Source: a virus (taxonomy: Duplodnaviria > Heunggongvirae > Uroviricota > Caudoviricetes). From it: a stretch of 16,843 bases of DNA. Shown here in pieces: positions 14,941 through 16,843 of the stretch; position 1 is the first letter of the stretch; every line of letters begins with the position of its first letter. The notes under the pieces were generated by a model. That model was not told the origin of the DNA and did no database searches. It saw only the letters and a program-made list of their open reading frames with translations. Where the stretch lies: positions 75,944-92,786 of the IMG/VR virus record IMGVR_UViG_3300046359_000179; one strand, 5' to 3'. Both the position numbers and the translations under genes were made by a program.

Positions 14941-15644
14941 AATTAAAACAATTATTTGATTCAACTTCTAGACAAAAAGTTGAATCTATCCTGAAAAAAT
15001 ATAAAATAACGAACTACGTCATTAACGACGACTTGTCTGTAGATGTCGATGGGGATGTGGATTTGGATAGTAAACGCCTAAGTTCGATTCCTGTTAATTT
15101 CGGAAAAGTTAGTGGGAGTTTTGATTGCTATAAAAACAAATTGACCTCTTTACAAGGTGTTCCGAGAGAAGTCGGTAAGGGTTTTGATTGTTCTCATAAC
15201 CAATTAACATCTTTACAAGGTGCGCCTGGGGAAGTTGGTAGGGATTTTAACTGCTCTCATAACCAATTAACTTCTTTACAAGGTTCACCTAGGGAAGTCA
15301 ACAGACATTTTTGGTGTTCTCACAACCAATTAACTTCTTTGCAAGGAGCACCTAGAGAAGTAGGTGAGCTTTTTACTTGCGCTAATAACCAATTAACATC
15401 CTTACAAGGTGCACCTAGAGAAGTCGGTGGAGAGTTTTACTGCTATGGTAACAAATTGACCTCTTTGCAGGGTGCTCCTAGAGAAGTTGGCGGAGGGTTT
15501 TGGTGCAATAATAACGAATTGACCTCTTTGCAGGGTGCTCCTAGAGAAGTTGGTAAGGATTTTTGGTGTGGCAAAAATCCGAATTTGAAATCCCTTGACG
15601 GAATCGGCAATGTTGCCGGAGAAATTAAAAGCGACATAAAATGA
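14937..15644 (+). CDS. Variable LRR protein 6 (8 units)
   Basis: Same architecture; N-terminus MKLKQLFDS. Confidence 0.9.
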   Translation: MKLKQLFDSTSRQKVESILKKYKITNYVINDDLSVDVDGDVDLDSKRLSSIPVNFGKVSGSFDCYKNKLTSLQGVPREVGKGFDCSHNQLTSLQGAPGEVGRDFNCSHNQLTSLQGSPREVNRHFWCSHNQLTSLQGAPREVGELFTCANNQLTSLQGAPREVGGEFYCYGNKLTSLQGAPREVGGGFWCNNNELTSLQGAPREVGKDFWCGKNPNLKSLDGIGNVAGEIKSDIK

Positions 15645-16297
15645 AATTAAAACAACTATTTGAATCAGTTGCAGCCCCTAAACAAGAAGTTGAATCTATC
15701 CTAAAGAAATATGGTATCGAAAACTACACCATAAATGATGACTTGTCAGTAGATGTCGATGGAGATGTGGATCTAAGTAATAAACACCTAAGTTCATTTC
15801 CAGTGAATTTCGGAAAAGTTAGCGGGAGTTTTGATTGCTCTGACAACAAATTGGCAACTTTAGAAGGCGCACCAAGAGAAGTCGGCGGGGATTTTATCTG
15901 CTCTTCCAACAAATTGGCCTCTCTAAAAGGAGCGCCTAGAGAAGTCAGCGAGATTTTTAATTGCTCTTATAACCAATTAACTTCTTTGCAAGGAGCGCCT
16001 AGAGAAGTGGATATAGATTTCATTTGCTCTTATAACAAATTAGCTTCTCTAAACGGCTCGCCAAGGGAAGTGGGTGGGAGCTTTTATTGCTTTAAAAACC
16101 AATTAACATCGCTAAAAGGAGCTCCTTGGGAAGTCAGCGAGAATTTTGATTGCTCTGACAACAAATTGACGACTTTAGAAGGCGCACCTAGAGAAATAGG
16201 TGGAAATTTTTATTGTTATGATAACCCAGATTTAAAATCCCTTGATGGAATCGGTAACGACAGCGTTGCCGGAGAAATTGGAAGCGACATAAAATGA
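15641..16297 (+). CDS. Variable LRR protein 7 (7 units)
   Basis: Same architecture; 2-aa insertion in the C-cap (GNDSVAG). Confidence 0.9.
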   Translation: MKLKQLFESVAAPKQEVESILKKYGIENYTINDDLSVDVDGDVDLSNKHLSSFPVNFGKVSGSFDCSDNKLATLEGAPREVGGDFICSSNKLASLKGAPREVSEIFNCSYNQLTSLQGAPREVDIDFICSYNKLASLNGSPREVGGSFYCFKNQLTSLKGAPWEVSENFDCSDNKLTTLEGAPREIGGNFYCYDNPDLKSLDGIGNDSVAGEIGSDIK

Positions 16298-16843
16298 AAT
16301 TAAAACAATTATTTGAATCAACTTCTGGACAAGAAGTTGAATCTATCCTAAAGAAATACGGTATCGAAAACTACACCATAAATGATGACTTGTCAGTAGA
16401 TGTCGATGGAGATGTGGAGTTAAATAATAATAGCTTAAGTTCAATTCCTGTCAATTTTGGGAAAGTTAGCGGCAGTTTTAATTGCCTTTTTAACAAACTG
16501 GCTTCTTTGCAAGGCGCACCAAGAGAAGTCGATGGAGATTTTATTTGCTCTCATAACCAATTAACTTCTTTACAAGGCGCGCCAAGAGAAGTCGGAGGGA
16601 ATTTTTATTGCTATCACAACAAATTAACTTCTTTGCAAGGTGCTCCTGGGGAAGTTGGTGGAAATTTTTATTGCTATCGCAACAAATTAACCTCTTTGCA
16701 AGGTGCATCTAGGGAAGTGGGTGGGAGTTTTGATTGCTCTGAAAACCAATTAACTTCTTTGCAAGGTGCACCGAGAGAAGTAGGCGGGGCTTTTAATTGC
16801 TCTGGCAACCAATTAACATCCCTACAAGGTGCACCTAGGGAAG
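16294..16843 (+). CDS. Variable LRR protein 8, partial (at least 6 units, runs off the window)
   Basis: Not in the ORF track. Manual translation from ATG 16294 gives MKLKQLFESTSGQEVESILKKYGIENYTINDDLSVDVDGDVELNNNSLSSIPVNFGKVSGSFNCLFNKLASLQGAPREV..., open to the window end. Confidence 0.9.
   Translation, partial: MKLKQLFESTSGQEVESILKKYGIENYTINDDLSVDVDGDVELNNNSLSSIPVNFGKVSGSFNCLFNKLASLQGAPREVDGDFICSHNQLTSLQGAPREVGGNFYCYHNKLTSLQGAPGEVGGNFYCYRNKLTSLQGASREVGGSFDCSENQLTSLQGAPREVGGAFNCSGNQLTSLQGAPRE

Larger units (their letters stand above)
11399..16843 (+). repeat. Two-level coding repeat: 63-bp units nested in about 0.65-0.78-kb tandem gene duplications
   Basis: 63-nt period (for example TCT at 11591 and 11654); 61 FxC units counted in 8 genes. 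Confidence 0.95.

Noticed and set aside
11476-15912. Minus-strand ORFs of 62-133 aa in the array (PPTSLGAPCKEV repeats)
   Set aside because: They are antisense shadows of the coding repeat, with no RBS or independent features.
11576-16843. CRISPR-like alternation of conserved and variable blocks with a 63-bp period
   Set aside because: The period is a multiple of 3, the conserved block varies at synonymous third positions, the variable blocks resemble each other, everything is in long open frames, and no cas genes are present.
11399-16843. Diversity-generating retroelement as the source of variation
   Set aside because: There is no reverse transcriptase or non-coding template repeat in the window. 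Frequent TGG codons cannot arise from AAY by adenine-only mutagenesis, and many non-A positions vary. An RT elsewhere in the genome cannot be excluded.
1-16843. tRNA, rRNA, integrase or transposase genes
   Set aside because: Intergenic gaps are short and show no cloverleaf or such motifs; none was recognised.

Overview
The window comes from a large T4-like (probably jumbo) tailed phage. Left part (1-11255, all minus strand): the 5' end of a UvsX/RecA-like recombinase, a gp32-like ssDNA-binding protein, a P-loop kinase plus HD phosphohydrolase pair, several small hypothetical genes and an HExxH metallopeptidase. It also holds a four-gene probable DNA base-hypermodification cluster (two paralogous helical aGPT-Pplase/HMUDK-like proteins, an SGNH-like protein, a fold-type II PLP enzyme), a SemiSWEET/PQ-loop-like membrane protein, and a gp17-like large terminase with a 145-aa mini-intein. 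Right part (11399 to the window edge, plus strand): a tandem array of at least 8 paralogous genes, divergent from the terminase and downstream of a perfect T4-type late promoter (TATAAATA). Each gene has a constant N-cap starting MKLKQLF(E), 7-9 copies of a 21-aa/63-bp leucine-rich repeat that varies mainly at predicted concave-face positions, and a constant C-cap. All are joined by ATGA overlaps and show signs of cassette exchange. This array is the best candidate for an undescribed system: a phage repertoire of variable LRR binders, possibly packaged in the capsid. Function calls rest on motif recognition only; no database searches were run.
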